Below are positions 1 through 12,790 of a stretch of 64,000 nucleotides of DNA, in pieces. A program made the position numbers and the translations under genes. The DNA comes from Malacoraja senta. Its lineage: Eukaryota. The stretch covers positions 3,474,001 through 3,538,000 of the forward strand of contig CM075990.1 of assembly GCA_038087875.1 (NCBI GenBank), written 5' to 3'. The notes beneath the pieces were generated by a model. That model worked only from the letters and a program-made list of their open reading frames with translations. It did not search any database and was not told the DNA's origin. Within the stretch, counting starts at the first letter, position 1; every line of letters begins with the position of its first letter.

Positions 1-54
1 CACCGTGCCATCCCTGTGCCGTCTATATCACTCCTTTCCCTCTCCCCTGAATAT

Positions 55-150
55 CAGTCTGAAGAAGGGTCTCGACCCGAAACATCACCCATTCCTTTTC
101 TCCATAGATGCTGCCTGTCCCGCTGAGTTACTCCGGCATTTTGTGCCTAC
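55..150 (+). mobile_element. Penelope-like terminal repeat (pLTR) fragment with hammerhead-like core
   Basis: agtCTGAAGAagggtctcgacccGAAACatcaccc followed by the recurrent gatgctgcctgtcccgctgagttactcc unit. An inverted copy follows at ~205-440. Confidence 0.7.
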
Positions 151-1095
151 CCGAGCAGAAATAGACACAAAGTGCTGGAGCAACACAATGGGTCAGGCAG
201 CGTCTATGAAGATAGACAAAAAATGCTGGAGAAACTCAGCGGGTGAGGCAGCATCTATGGAGAGAAGGAATAGGCGACATTTCGGGTCGAGACCCTTCTT
301 CAGACCCATGTTGGGGGGGGGGGGGTGGAGGCGGGATAAAGAAAGGAAGTAGGCGGAGACAGTAGGACTTGTGGGAGAACTGGGAAGGGGGGAAGGGGGA
401 AGGAGGGAGAAAGCAAGAGCTATCTAAAATGAGTCAATGTTTAGCAGGTCAGTTTAGCAGCATCTACGGAGAAATAGTTTAGGTGGCGTTTCTGACCGGA
501 CTGATAGTCCAAAGTCTCAAGAAGGGTCCCGACACGAAACGTCACCTATCCTTTTTCTCCAGAGATGCTGCTGGACCCGCAGAGATACTCCAGCACTTTG
601 TGTCTACCTTTGGTCTAAACCAGCATCCACAGTTCTTTGTTTCTACCCTGGCAGAAGCTCTTTACCACTGCCATGTCCAGTTTTGCAGCATCCAAATTCT
701 TGGACAGTTTTGTATATTTTCATTCAATCTCCGAATCCATTCTGCCGCATCTGGGCTCTTTATGTATGTGTTCAAAGGCTAACGAAAATTAAGTGCACTG
801 AAATGAAATTATTACATTTCAAAGTATTTAGCAAGTACCGTGAACTGAGAAACATTATAATGGTCTTCACAGATTTTTCAGCTTATTCTAATATTCGGAA
901 TTAGAAGTTTTCAGATGAGTGATCTTTGCTGATGTTACAAGATAGTTAATGGGCACATTATGAAAAGGACAATCAGCATTACGAAGGTTCACTTTCCATT
1001 AACACCTGTGATAGATATGGAAACCTACTGCAGTGTAAACACGCACACTGTAGCTAAGCAGTGCAGAAGCACCTCAAGTCTGGTGGCAACAATTG

Positions 1096-1300
1096 ATTCA
1101 CAGAAGGCTGTGGAGGCCAAGTCAATGGATATTTTTAAGGCAGAGATAGATGGATTCTTGATCAGTACGGGTGTCAGGGGCTATGGGGAGAAGGCAGGAG
1201 AACGCGGTTAGGAGGGAGAAATAGATCAGCCATGATTGAATAGTGGAGTAGACTTGATGGGCCGAATGGCCGAATTCTGTTCCTATCTCTTATGACCTGA
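1096..1300 (+). mobile_element. CR1/HER1-like LINE 3' fragment
   Basis: Encodes QKAVEAKSMDIFKAEID, then the 3' UTR gatcagccatgattgaa...gggccgaatggcc shared by many copies in the window. Confidence 0.75.
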
Positions 1301-1334
1301 TGATTCCTGACTACCTTCAACAGTCTGCCTATTG

Positions 1335-1545
1335 AAGGTAGACACAAAATGCTGGAGTAACTCAGTGGGTGAGGCAGCATCTCTTTAGAGAAGGAATGGG
1401 CGACGTTTCGGGTCGAGACCCACGGATCTCGCCCAAATCGACGCCCATTCCTCCTCTCCAGAGATGCTGCCTCACACGCTGAGTTACTCCAGCATTTTGT
1501 ATCTACCTTCGATTTAAACCAGCATCTGCAGTTCTTTCTTACACA
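1335..1545. mobile_element. Inverted pair of Penelope pLTR fragments
   Basis: aaaatgctggagtaactcag...gcagcatctct followed by its reverse complement agagatgctgc...ctgagttactccagcatttt. Confidence 0.7.
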
Positions 1546-1611
1546 GTCTGCCTAGGGAGCTGGTTTATATTTAAATCACTATTTCCTGTCTCTCTTATTA
1601 CCTGCGTCATA

Positions 1612-1906
1612 TTTTGGTTTAGTTTAGTTTAGAGATACGGTGCGGAAACAGGCCCTTTGGCCCACCGGGTCTGCACACTAAGACTATCCTACACACACTA
1701 GGGACAATTTACAATTTTACCGAAGCCAATTAACCTACAAACCTGCACGTCTCTGGAGTGTGGGAGGAAACCGGAGCTCCCCGGGGAAAACCCACGCATG
1801 TCACGGGGAGAACGTACAAACTCCATACAGGCAGCACCCGTAGTCAGGATCGAACCTGGGTCTCTGGCGCTGTGAGGCAGCAACTCTACCGCTGTGCCAC
1901 CGTGCC
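1612..1906 (-). mobile_element. tRNA-derived V-SINE (HE1-like)
   Basis: Minus strand has A box tggcacagcgg, B box ggttcgatcc, the V-domain-like core gtacgttctccccgtg...ggtttcctcccaca and a (ctaaa)n tail. Confidence 0.8.
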
Positions 1907-3174
1907 ACACATGCTTGGGTTTAAAGCTGGCAGGAACCCATGATGTATGTTTGGTGCCCCAGAAAGATAAGAGAAAGAGCTGCATTTTTTTTAACATCTT
2001 ATCTAACTTTGTTAGTCACCTATGCATTATCTTTCAAGGTTTAAAAAAAAAAAATCATTGGAAAATATGTCGGGAATTCAGAAATACCATCTTTAATTTG
2101 TATCATTATTCAACAACCATCAATTGTTCAGCTGACTGTAGCCAATACTGTCTTTGTGTATGTTAAATTGTGTTATTTAAGTTAATGATACGAGCTTTGG
2201 AACTGTGTTCTTCACTCTTGAACTGAAAACAAATTCCTATCATGTTATGATCACTTTGCCCCAGAGGATCTTTTCCTATGAAATCATTAATAAATCGCCT
2301 CGCATTAGACTCAGTCCGAAATAGCCTGTTCCTTGGTTGTAACATATCACTCTGTACACACTGTGAACCTGTCCTCAAGGCTGCCTGTTCCAATCTATAT
2401 GAAGATTAAACCGCCTGCCTTTCTTGCATGTGCTCTGTTATTTCTCAGTTACGCTCTATCTTGGAGTGCAGTTAGTATAAGAAGGCCTGTCTAGAGTCAT
2501 AGAGTCATAGAATAATACACTGTGGAAACAGGCCCTTCAGCCCAATTTGCCCAACATGTTCCAGCTACACTAGTCCCACCTGCCTACGCCTGGTCTACTT
2601 CACAGGTAATGTCTAGCCCTTGGTATCTCTGCCCTCCACTCAAAACGATTCTATGTCTTGATCTTCTGAATGAAGTGGCGAGTCAGAGTGGCAATCAATG
2701 TTGGCCGAGCCAACAATGTCCAATCCCATGAATAAATATAAAATATTTCTCAGAGGCCAATTTGGGAATGTATAATTGTACAAATGTAGACTGGGGGCAT
2801 TATTTTTGACTTTGCACTATTATATTTATATATATACATATACATATAGATCTATAGATGTACGCAGAGTTTGTACATTCTCCCTGTGACCATGTGGATT
2901 TTCTCCAGGTTCTCTGATTTCCTTCCACATTCAAAGATGTGCAGGTTAATTGGCTTTTGTAAATTGACCCCAGAATTTAGGATAGAATTAGTATAGGGGT
3001 GATAATGTAGGCTTGTACTCGTCGGTCCGAAGGGCCTCTATCCATGCTGTATCTCTAGACTAAACCAAACTAAAATAAGTGTCCTCAGCCATGCACAAGG
3101 AAAGTCCGAGCTCTACCAAGAGAAGAGATTACCAAGCAGACAGCGAAAAGATTCAGGGGTGTATAAGGTTTTGT

Positions 3175-3530
3175 AGAGTCATAGAGTCTTACAGCATGGA
3201 AACAGGCCCTTTAGGCCCAAATTGCCCACAACGGCCAACATGTCCCATCTACACTAGTCCCACCTGCCTGCGTTTGGCCCATATCCCTCTAAACCTGTCC
3301 TATCCATGTACCTGTCTGAATGTTTCTTAAACGCTGCAATAGTGCCTGCCTCAACTACCTCCTCCAGCAGCACGTTCCATACACCCACCACACTTTGTGT
3401 AAAAAATGTACGCCCCAGGTTTCTATTAAATCTTTTCACCCCTCACCTTAAACCTATGTCCCCTGCTTCACGATTCCCCTACTCTGGACAAGAGACTCTG
3501 TACATTTACCCGCTCTATTCCTCTCATGAT
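3175..3530 (-). mobile_element. CR1/HER1-like LINE 3' fragment
   Basis: ORF 3254-3439 FFTQSVVGVWNVLLEEVVEAGTIAAFKKHSDRYM is a CR1 ORF2 C-terminus. Has a (gactctat)n-type tail. Confidence 0.8.
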
Positions 3531-3946
3531 TTTCATGAAAGGTTTTTGTCATGGATACCCAGGTACAGTGAACAACTTTGTTTTTCTCTCTCGTGCACTG
3601 CCTAATGGACTCATGTACAATACAAGTTGGCTGGATGGCATTCAGAACAGAGTGGGGAATACAGGGTTACAGCTGTGGAGAACCTGCAGATTTTAAAAGT
3701 GCAAGGGCCCCAATGAGGTAGATTGGAAGATCGAGAAATTCTTTCCTAACCATGAGAGGTCCATTCAAGAATCTGGTAACAGTATAAAATAAACTATTCT
3801 GCAATCTGGTGTTACAGCACGTTCCATCCAATGTTTGTATCATCTGTATAATGGTGAAAGAAGAAGGGAGAAGGTTGAAAGATCAGGATGTGAGTGGTCC
3901 TTAATTATGTTGCTTGCTTTCCACTTTGGAATTTTCAATTTTGCCT

Positions 3947-4178
3947 CACCGAGTCCGCGCCGATCAGTGATCTCCATACATTAACACTATTCTACACACA
4001 CTGGGGACTTTTATACCAAGCCAATTAACTTACAAACCTGTACGTCTTTGGAGTGTCGGAGGAAAATGAAGATCTCGGAGAAAACCCACGCAGGTCACGG
4101 GGAGAACGTACAAACTCCGCACAGGCAGCACCCGTGGCAGGATCGAACCCAACGCTACCACTGCGCCACCGTGCCGCC
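3947..4178 (-). mobile_element. V-SINE (HE1-like), internally deleted
   Basis: A box, B box and core match the other SINE copies. Confidence 0.75.
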
Positions 4179-4624
4179 CAATGAGAGACTGAGGGCATAG
4201 GAACGGTGCAACGCTGTCTATGCAAGAGCAAGGATATCTGAAGATAAGGAGATGATTTTTAGCCTGATATGAAGAAGGGCATTTGCAATCTGCAACGCAA
4301 CTGTCAATGGATTGTTGGTGTGTGAGACTTGATCACTACAGAGATGCGTGTTGTGGTGTAAGTGATATTGCAGGTATTTTATTGAATCTCCAGTGATTAA
4401 AGAGACTGACATTTAATCCCATGAAGTTCATTTTGGAGGATCAGTAAATCAATGTTTAATTGACTACAGCTCATGATTAAACGGCTACCGCTTCCATTAA
4501 TAACAACTGCACTCTTTAACATCTGACCTTTATAGAGCCACATCCAGAGATCCACTGGACATCTGATTTTTAATGAGCAAATTATTTACCCTGAGAGGTG
4601 GCACGCTCAGGAAATACCCTCTCC

Positions 4625-4892
4625 CAAACTAGGCGCTGTCGCAGGGCACAAAGGTGGACGGACGAGGAGAGGGATGTGGTGTCCAAGGAAGGGGACGGCT
4701 GGAGGCCCTGCAGCAGCCTGGGGCTCGCCTGGATCGGACACCGCTCATAAGAACCAGAGCGTGGACTGGACTTTGAAAATGGCGCCCGAAACACGGCACC
4801 TCTTGCATGCGGGTCCAGTAGACTATTCCTGTACACTTTGCTGTTTGAGGAAGTGCTTGGGTGTGGGAATACTGTACTGGACTGTACGTAAA
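4625..4892 (+). mobile_element. GC-rich non-autonomous retroposon fragment (its tail resumes at ~5564-5625 after a CR1 insertion)
   Basis: Similar to the reverse complement of ~16000-16320 (ggctggaggccctgcagcagcctggg...gaaaatggcg...cacctcttgcatgcggg). Confidence 0.6.
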
Positions 4893-5563
4893 GTAAGCAT
4901 GCGAGTACAGCAGGCAGTGAAGAAAGCAAATGGCATGTTGGCCTTTATAACAAGAGGAATCGACTATAGGAGCAAAGAGGTCCCTCTGCAGTTGTACAGA
5001 GCCCTAGTGAGACCACACCTGGAGTATTGTGTGCAGTTTTGGTCCCCTAATTTGGGGAAGGACATTCTTGCTATTGAGGGAGTGCAGCGTAGGTTTACAA
5101 GGTTAATTCCCGGGATGGCGGGACTGTCATATGCTGAGAGAATGGAGCAGCTGGGCTTGTACACTCTGGAGTTTAGAAGGATGAGAGGGAATCTTATTGA
5201 AGCATATAAGATTGTTAAGGGCTTGGACACGCTAGAGGCAGGAAACATGTTCCCGATGTTGGGGGAGTCCAGAACCAGGGGCCACAGTTCAAGAATAAGG
5301 AGTAAGCCATTAAGAACGGAGACGAGGAAACACTTTTTCTCACAGAGAGTGGTGAGTCTGTGGAATTCTCTGCCTCAGAGGGCGGTGGAGGCGGGTTCTC
5401 TGGATGCTTTCAAGAGAGAGCTAGATAGGGCTCTTAAAAATAGCGGAGTCAGGGGATCTGGGGAGAAGGCAGGAACGGGATACTGATTGGGGATGATCAG
5501 CCATGATCACATTGAATGGCTCGAAGGGCCGAATGGCCGACTCTTGCACCTATTGTCTATTGT
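4893..5563 (+). mobile_element. CR1/HER1-like LINE 3' portion, ORF2 C-terminus still open
   Basis: [58 protein letters not shown], stop at 5486, then 3' UTR and (ctattgt)n tail. Confidence 0.9.
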
Positions 5564-5732
5564 AAAAAAAGAATTTAACCATGTGTTTGCACATGTGACC
5601 ATGAAAGCGCCATTGATCCATTGAAACATTATTCTCAATCTCTGCAACAAACTGCAAGTTAACCTTGTGTAGGAAGGAACTGTAGATGCTGGTTTATACC
5701 GAAGATAGACACCATGTGTCGAAGATAGACAT

Positions 5733-6008
5733 CAAGGTGAAGGGGTAAAGAATTAACAGGAATCTGAGGGGTAACATTTTCACACAAAGGGTGGTGTGTG
5801 TATGGACCAAGCTGCCAGAGGAGGTAGTTGAGGCTGGGACTATCCCAACATTTAATAAACAGTTAGACTCGTACATGGCTAGGACAGGTTTAGAGGGATA
5901 TGGGCCAAACGCAGGCAGGTGGGACTAGTGTAGCTGGGACATGTTGGCCGGTGTGGGCAAGTTGGGCCGAAGGGCCTGTTCCCACACTGTATCACTCTGT
6001 AACTCTAT
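5733..6008 (+). mobile_element. CR1/HER1-like LINE 3' fragment (second subfamily)
   Basis: ctgccagaggaggtagttgaggc...gggccgaagggcctgtt, a 3' end shared with the SINE tail. Confidence 0.8.
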
Positions 6009-6289
6009 CGCTTTGTAACTCAGTGGGTCAGGCAGCATCTCCGGAGAAAAGAAGGGTTCTGCCCTGAAACATCACCGATTCCTTTTCTCCAGAGATGCTG
6101 CCTGGCCTGCCGAGCTACTCCAGCACTTTGTGTCGATCTGCGTCAACTTTCCCTGTCCTACCGTCCATTAAATGCAGTACAAATTCTATCAGTCCTGTCA
6201 CTGGCGAATGGAATCCCATGGTCAGATTGTGGCTCTGACCCTGTGTAAGCCCTCCAATTCAGAAATCCCACCAGAACATGATCGCTGTC

Positions 6290-6615
6290 AAAGCTGGACA
6301 CAAAGTTCTGGAGTAACTCAACGGATCGGGCAGAGGATGGGCGACGTTTTGGGTCAGGACCAATCAAGGCCAGCCACAAATGACCTCAGGCAGAGATGGT
6401 GCCTGGTAGGCCCCTTGTTGGCCAGCGAAGATGTGATCTCAGGAGGGATACAATGTGAAGAAGTGTGGAACTGGTAAATCGACTAGAATGGAGGAAGGCG
6501 GGAGGAGAGGAGGGGAGGGGAGCGCGAGTAGAAGTTACTTAAAATTAGAGAATTCAACGTTCATTCTGCTGGGTTATAAGCTACCTAAGCGAAATATGAG
6601 GTATCGTTCCTACAT
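6290..6615 (-). mobile_element. Penelope-like element 3' fragment
   Basis: Degenerate GIY-YIG C-terminus (LIFRLGSL..P..MNVEFSNFK*) plus 3' UTR/pLTR, homologous to 8086-8525. Confidence 0.65.
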
Positions 6616-6644
6616 TTTGGTGAGGATTCTGAAAGGTTCTCAAA

Positions 6645-7075
6645 GGGTTCAAAGGTTCTTTATTAGTCACATACACCAATTGGTGTAGTGAAATGCGTAT
6701 TGCCAATGCAGCACATAAAAAAGAAAACAACATAACAATAATAAAGAAATTTAAACATAAAAACATCCCCCACAATGGTTCCCACTGTGAGGGAAGGCAC
6801 AAAGTCCAGTCCCCATCCCCATGTCCACCCATAGTCGGGCCTATTGAGGCCTCCGCAGTCGCCTTTACGGAGGCCCGATGTTCCAGGCCCTTCTCGCCGG
6901 ATGATGGTGCTCCGGCGTCAGGAGAATCCTCACAGCGGCTTGGGATACCTGGAACGGCTGCTTCCTTACCGGAGACCGCGGCATCCAAAGTCGATAGGCC
7001 GCGCTGAAGTTCCCGATGTAAACTTCAGCACCGCCGCCCGCGGCTGGCCGCTCCACACACCGCAGCTCGAAAGTG
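6645..7075 (-). mobile_element. GC-rich non-autonomous retroposon, 3' part
   Basis: Homologous to 40621-41080. On the minus strand it ends tgtgactaataaa plus a (gaaccttt)n-like tail. Confidence 0.7.
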
Positions 7076-7124
7076 CAGGTGGAGGATTCCCAAAAGGTTC
7101 ATTTGCAAGTTGAATTGGTTAGTA

Positions 7125-7785
7125 AGCAAGGCAAATGCAAAGTTAGCATTTTTTTTTTAAGAGGACTGGAATATAAAAACAGGAATGTAATGCTGATGCT
7201 TTATGACGCACTGGTTTATTTGTTGTATTGTGAGCTGTTTTAGGCACTTTATCTGAGGAAGGACGTGCAGGCGCTGGAGAGGGTCCAGAGGAGTTTTACG
7301 AGAATGATCACAGGGATGATTGGGTTGACATGTGATGAACGGTTGACATCACTGGGCTTCTACTTGCTGGGGTTTAAAAAGATGAGGGGGGGGGGGGCCT
7401 CATTGAAACTTACTGCATAGTGAAAGGCTTGGATAGAGTGGATGTGGAGAGGATGTTTCCACTAGTGGGAGAGTCTAGGACCAGAGGTCACAGCCTCAGA
7501 ATAAAAGGATGTACCTGTAGAAAGGAGATGAGGAGGAATTTCTTTAGTCAGAAGCTGGTGAATCTGTGGAATTCATTGCCACAGACAGCTATGAAGGCCA
7601 AGTCATTGGGTATTTTTAAAGTGGAGATTGACAGATTCGTCATTTAGTATGGGCATCAAGGGTAATGGGGAGAAGGCAGGAGAATGGGGTTGAGAGGGAA
7701 AGACAGATCAGCCATGATTGAATGGCGGAGTAGACCTGATGGGCCGAATGGCCTACTTCTGCTCCTATGACTTATGAACTTATGA
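7125..7785 (+). mobile_element. CR1/HER1-like LINE 3' portion, degenerate
   Basis: ORF 7420-7647 KGLDRVDVERMFPLVGESRTRGHSLRIKG..FFSQKLVNLWNSLP. Confidence 0.85.
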
Positions 7786-8085
7786 ACACCAATTACCTTA
7801 AAATGCAGAAATCATGAGAGGAATAGATCAGGTAGCTGCACAGAGCCTCTTGGCCTCATGCCAAGAGAATCGTGGACCGGAGGACATAGGTTGAAAGTGA
7901 GGGGGGTGCGGATGAGACATGATGGTTGGCGTGGGCAAGTTAGGCCGCAGGGCCTGGTTTTAGGTACGAGTTGTGCTGCAAAAGTGGTTTTAGTTTTAGT
8001 TTTTTGGTTTAGAGAATACAGCACGGAAACAGGGTCCTTCGGCCCCCTGAGTCAGCACCGACCAGCGATCCCCGCACATTAACAC

Positions 8086-8525
8086 TTGCATCTCTGGAGA
8101 CGGGTGACGTTTCAGGTCAGAACCCTTCTTCAGCCTGAAAGTAGAGTGGGCCGGAGGGAGGGGTGGGAGGGGTGGGAGGAAAAGGCCAGAACAAATCAGG
8201 GCCGGCAATGGATGACCAAGGAAGTGTGGAGCCCACAATGGCCCATTGTTGGCTGGGAAAGAGGTGACAACCAAGGGATTCAAGGATGCAAACAGTGGAA
8301 TTAGTGGGATGCCTAGAGTGGGGGAGAGGAGAGAAAGGGAATGCAGAGGTTACTTGAAATTAGAGAAATCAACGATCATACCGCCTGATTGAAAGCTGGC
8401 CAAGCGAAATATAAGGTGCTGTTTCTCCAATTTGCATGTGGCCTCACTCTGACAGTGGAGGAGGCCCAGGACAGAAAGGTCAGTGTGGGAATGGTAAGGG
8501 GAGTTAAAATGTTTGGCTACTGCCA
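8086..8525 (-). mobile_element. Penelope-like element 3' end (GIY-YIG endonuclease C-terminus, 3' UTR, hammerhead-like core)
   Basis: ORF 8350-8544 VAKHFNSPYHSHTDLSVLGLLHCQSEATCKLEKQHLIFRLASFQSGGMIVDFSNFK*. A degenerate CTGAAGA..GAAACGTC core lies downstream at ~8102-8135. Confidence 0.8.
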
Positions 8526-8834
8526 CACCAGGCCATGCTGCCACCAGTCAGGATAGTTCAGTTCTGTTTAGTTTATTGTCACGTGTACCAAGATGCAGTG
8601 AAACACGATACCTTCTAAGCACCAATTTCTCTTTGCAATCCTCAGGGAACACTTGCTTTGTTACAGGTGTAGGAAAGAACTGCAGATGCTGGTTTAAGTC
8701 GAAGGTAGAAGGGTCTCGACCCGAAACGTCACCCATTCCTTCTCACCAGCGATGCTGCCTGTCCCGCTGAGTTACTCCAGCAATTTTGTATCTACCTTGC
8801 TTTGTTACAGCCTGGTGCTACACAGTCTGAGGGG

Positions 8835-9138
8835 GGCATATTGACGAGCTGTACACTGCAAGAGCCAAGAAGCGAGCAGGTAAGATCATCTCTGACCCCT
8901 CTCACCCTGGCCACAAACTCTTTGAAGTACTTCCGTCTGGGAGGCGACTCTGGACCGCCACTTTGAAGCCAGACATAAAAACAGTTTTTTCCACGAACAG
9001 CCAAAAGTCTGTAGCCTCTCTTTATTTAATTTCCACAAGTTTAATTTATAATGTTTTATTTTTAATTGTCTACTGTACATGTATGTAAACAGTCTTGGCT
9101 AATAAAATGACATTCATTCATTCATTCATTCATTCATT
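8835..9138 (+). mobile_element. Rex1/Babar-like LINE 3' fragment
   Basis: Homologous to 32680-32880 (atcatctctgacccctctcaccctggccacaaactc). Ends aataaa plus a (ttca)n tail. Confidence 0.75.
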
Positions 9139-10570
9139 TGTATGTCAGATTTCAGAAAGGTGTGAGAATTATTCCTGAGACTGCAGATTCAGGTAGGGTT
9201 TCTGGGCAGGTCCTGCCCCGTATTCATCTTTGAAAGCTGCCCCTGTGTGAATGGACAAGTCTTTCGGCATGCACTCAGTCTCATCGTTCAAATCACTTTT
9301 CAGTCTTTGATGTGATACTTGAGTGAGTCAACAGGCACAATGCCAGAGTTTAGTTTTGGGATACTGTATGTATTCCTAGATCCCGTCACTTTAACTGGGA
9401 TAATACCACTCACTAATGGTGAAAAATACTTTAGATAGACACAAAAAACTGGAGTAACTCAGCGGGTCAGACAGCATTATTAAATATTATTAAATTCACA
9501 CGTTATAGGAGCACAATTAGGCCATTCGGCTCATCGTGTCTACTCTGCCATTCAATCATGGCTGATCTCTGCCTCCTAATCCCATTTTACTGCCTTCTCC
9601 CCATAACCCTTGACATCCGTTCAAATCAAGAATGTATCAATCTCTGCCTTAAACATATCCACTAACCTGCCCTCAACAGCCCTCTGTGGCAAGGAGTTCC
9701 ACAGAATAACTAGTATTAAGTTACTTCTTTCTTTAGCTAGGTTGAATGAGCTGGAGCGGCACGGTGGCACAGCGGCAGAGTGGCTGCCTTAGAGCGCCAG
9801 AGACCCGGGTTCGATCCTGACTTCGGGTGCTGCCTGTACGGAGTTTGTACGATCTCATTCAAACGAGAACATTGTACGTTCAAAGCACCAAGGCAAATTC
9901 CTTGTATGTATACATACTTGGCTAATAACATTTATTCAATTCAATTCAATTAAAAATGTATTCAATTCAATTCCCCATGACCGCATGGTCTAAAGTCTAC
10001 GGACTAAACCATAATCACTTGCTTCTGCTCATCGGGAGTGAGTTGGGGCTGGTTCCCATTCACAGTCCCATTTAAGAAATCCATTTTAACATTACGCTGT
10101 ACAAAATGTTTATGTCATAATTAACGATTTCAAGCTTCCATAGTTTAAAGTCCATAGTATGATATTCATTGAGTAGATGATCCTTCAGTCCATTTGAGCA
10201 GACTGCACTGTGCTTAATTACATAAATCTCATAATCAATTTCAAAGCTATTATACGTTGCGTTTTTTTTAACCCATTTTCTCGTGGGTTGATTGGCTGCA
10301 AGGGCTACATCATTAATAACACAATACCCGATTGCAAACATATCATTAGAAGGTAAAGATGTATTTTATCACGTTTGTCAACGGAACCCTGGATTCTGGG
10401 AGCGGGTAATGTATTGATTTATGAGGGTCATGTTTGCTGGTTCTTCATCAGCAGCCAATTCACTACATGTTGTCCTTGTGTTTTAATTGTGAACAGGTTC
10501 CCGAGGCACCCTGAGAGACAGGTTACAGACTGCTGCCATGGAAGCTGCAGTATGACGGAGGTTAAGATAG

Positions 10571-10877
10571 CAGTCACGGCGCCAGGCGGAAGCGGGCTCT
10601 GCCCGAGCCGGCTGCCTGCCCCCTTTTCCGTGGTTACATCCGTGCCCGGGTGGTACTAGAGAGTGCCTACACGCTGTCCACGGGCGCCCTGGGGGATTTT
10701 TGGGACCGCGGGTGGTGGAATGCATCCTCAATAAGAATGGGGAAATAGTTATTTAATATTCAATATTTAAGAATATTTGCTTTATTTTGTATTATGGTGG
10801 TGGGTTTGTTTGTATTTTTGTACTGTACGTATCATTTTGTGTAAATAGTTGAATACAATTATTTTGGGGGGAAAAAA
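10571..10877 (+). mobile_element. Tx1-like (L1 group) LINE 3' fragment with TSD
   Basis: Across a frameshift it reads ..ARAGCLP/LFRGYIRARVVLESAYTLSTGALGDFWDR.. and has an A-rich end. TSD aggttaagaYag at 10559-10570 and 10878-10889. Confidence 0.65.
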
Positions 10878-11275
10878 AGGTTAAGACAGTTAGTTGTACA
10901 ACACAATGCGGAAACTGCAGTAGGACAAAGGTTAGGATAGCTGTACAACACAACAACCGTTAGGCATTTATTGACCCTCATCAATGTTCCTGATAGGTAT
11001 TCATGTACATACCTCAATGCTCTGGGATGGGTCATCCTTGATGCACACTACAACGTTCTTGAAAATTAAATTATGGACTCAATAGCATGAAGGTTTGCTT
11101 GTATTAGTGTTATTGCATTTGTATATTAATGTTTGCCCAGGCAGCATGAGGAGAAAATGGAGTCAATGGACGTGAGGTAGGTTTGCGGGATGGTCTGGGC
11201 TGCGTCCACGATTCTCTGCAATTTCTTGCGGTCTTGGATGGAGCTGTTCCCAAAGCAAGCTGTGATGTATCCCGA

Positions 11276-11975
11276 CGGTAGAGTTGCTGCCTCACAGCGC
11301 CAGAGACCCGGGTTGGATCGTAACCACGGGTGCTGTCTGTACGGAGTTTGTACCTTCTCCCCGTGACCTGCGTGGGTTTTCTACGGGATCTCCGGTTTCC
11401 TTCCACCCTCCAAAGGCGTACAGATTTTTTAAAATGTTTTTAAAAAATATTTTAATTTTATTAGAAGTAAGTACAATTGTATACAATCATATTTTCATAA
11501 TACCTTTTATGTACAGCTTCTTATTTAAAAAAATTTTTGTAATAAAGAAGAAAAAGAAAAAAGTTTGATAATGAAAAATAGAAAAATGTGAGATATATAG
11601 TGTGTGAAAAATAAAAATAAAGCATGAAAAAAGAAAGTTGAGACATAGAAAATAGAAGAAAGAGAATAAAAGAAGAGAAGAGAAGAAAAGAAAATAGAAG
11701 TAAGGAGATCATTTATAATCTTGACCATCCGCAGTCACGGATTAGCTTTTACACCTGTTTTGCACCATATGTTTCCAAAATGACGACAAATGGAGACCAA
11801 CTCGTTATGAATTGGTCAAATTTATCTATCAGGAGGAATCGCATTTCCTCAAGATGTGCGGTATCCAACATACTTGCAATCCACATTTTGAACGTTGGTA
11901 TTGGTAAGACGTACAGATTTGTAGGCTAATTGGCCATAATTGTAAATTGGCCCTAGGTAGGATAGGTAGTGTGCG
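11276..11975 (+). mobile_element. V-SINE interrupted by an L1 3' end
   Basis: SINE sequence stops at 11427 and resumes at 11906. Confidence 0.75.
11428..11905 (-). mobile_element. L1-clade LINE 3' end with 15-bp TSD
   Basis: Minus strand encodes PIPTFKMWIASMLDTAHLEEMRFLL..WSPF, homologous to 23331-23460. Pyrimidine-rich UTR, cttctaataaaa and A-rich tail. TSD aagRcgtacagattt at 11413-11427 and 11906-11920. Confidence 0.85.
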
Positions 11976-12256
11976 TAGTGTGTAGCCGAGGCAACGTGAA
12001 GTGCAGATGGAGTCAATGGAAGGGAGATTGGTAAATTAATCTGATCAAGTCTGATTCGAATCTGATCTGGCCAGTTGCATTGAGAGAGGAAGGCCATTCA
12101 TTCAAAGTCTCTTCTGAGAAATCCCCAGAGTGCATAACACTTGCTGTGTCCAAGATGATGATAGAGATTATGTGCACAAGCCCCAAGCATGATTGATGAA
12201 GTTAAAATCCTCTCTCAAACATATGGGTGGTAATGTGGCCTCCACAGCCGTCTGTG

Positions 12257-12790
12257 GGCAGCACGGTGGCGCAGCGGTAGAGTTGCTGCCTTACAGCGCC
12301 AGAGCCCCAGGTTCGATCCTGACTATGGGTGCTGTCTGTACAGAGTTTATACCTTATCCCTGCGTGGGATTTCTCCGGGTGCTCCGGTTTCCTCCGACAC
12401 TCCAAAGACGTACAGGTTTGTAGATTGTAGGAAGCAACTGCAGATGCTGGTTCAAACCGAAGATAGACAGAAAATACTGGAGTAACACAACGGGACCGGC
12501 AGCATCTCTGGAGGGAAGGAACGGGTGACGTTTCGAGTCGAGGGTTCAGTCTGAAGAAGTGTCTCGCCCCAAAACGTCACCCATTCCTTCTCTCCAGAGA
12601 TGCTGCCTGTCCCACTGAGTTACTCCAGCATTTTGTGTCTATCCAGGTTTGTAGGTTAATTGGCTTGGTATAATTGTAAATTGTCCCTAGTGTGTGTAGG
12701 ATAGTGTTAGTGTGCGGGGATCGCTGGTCGGTGCAGACTCGGTGGATCGAAGGGCCTGTTTCCATGGTGTATCTCTAAACTAAAATAAAC
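12257..12790 (+). mobile_element. V-SINE interrupted by an inverted Penelope pLTR pair (~12425-12643)
   Basis: A and B boxes at the start. caggtttgtag occurs on both sides of the insert. Confidence 0.75.

Noticed and set aside
4674..5486. 270-aa ORF as a host gene
   Set aside because: Chance in-frame fusion of a GC-rich repeat with a CR1 ORF2 C-terminus.
10498..10560. Possible small exon (..gaacag|GTTCCC..GAG|gttaag)
   Set aside because: Weak splice sites, no recognisable peptide and no partner exons. The apparent donor overlaps a TSD.
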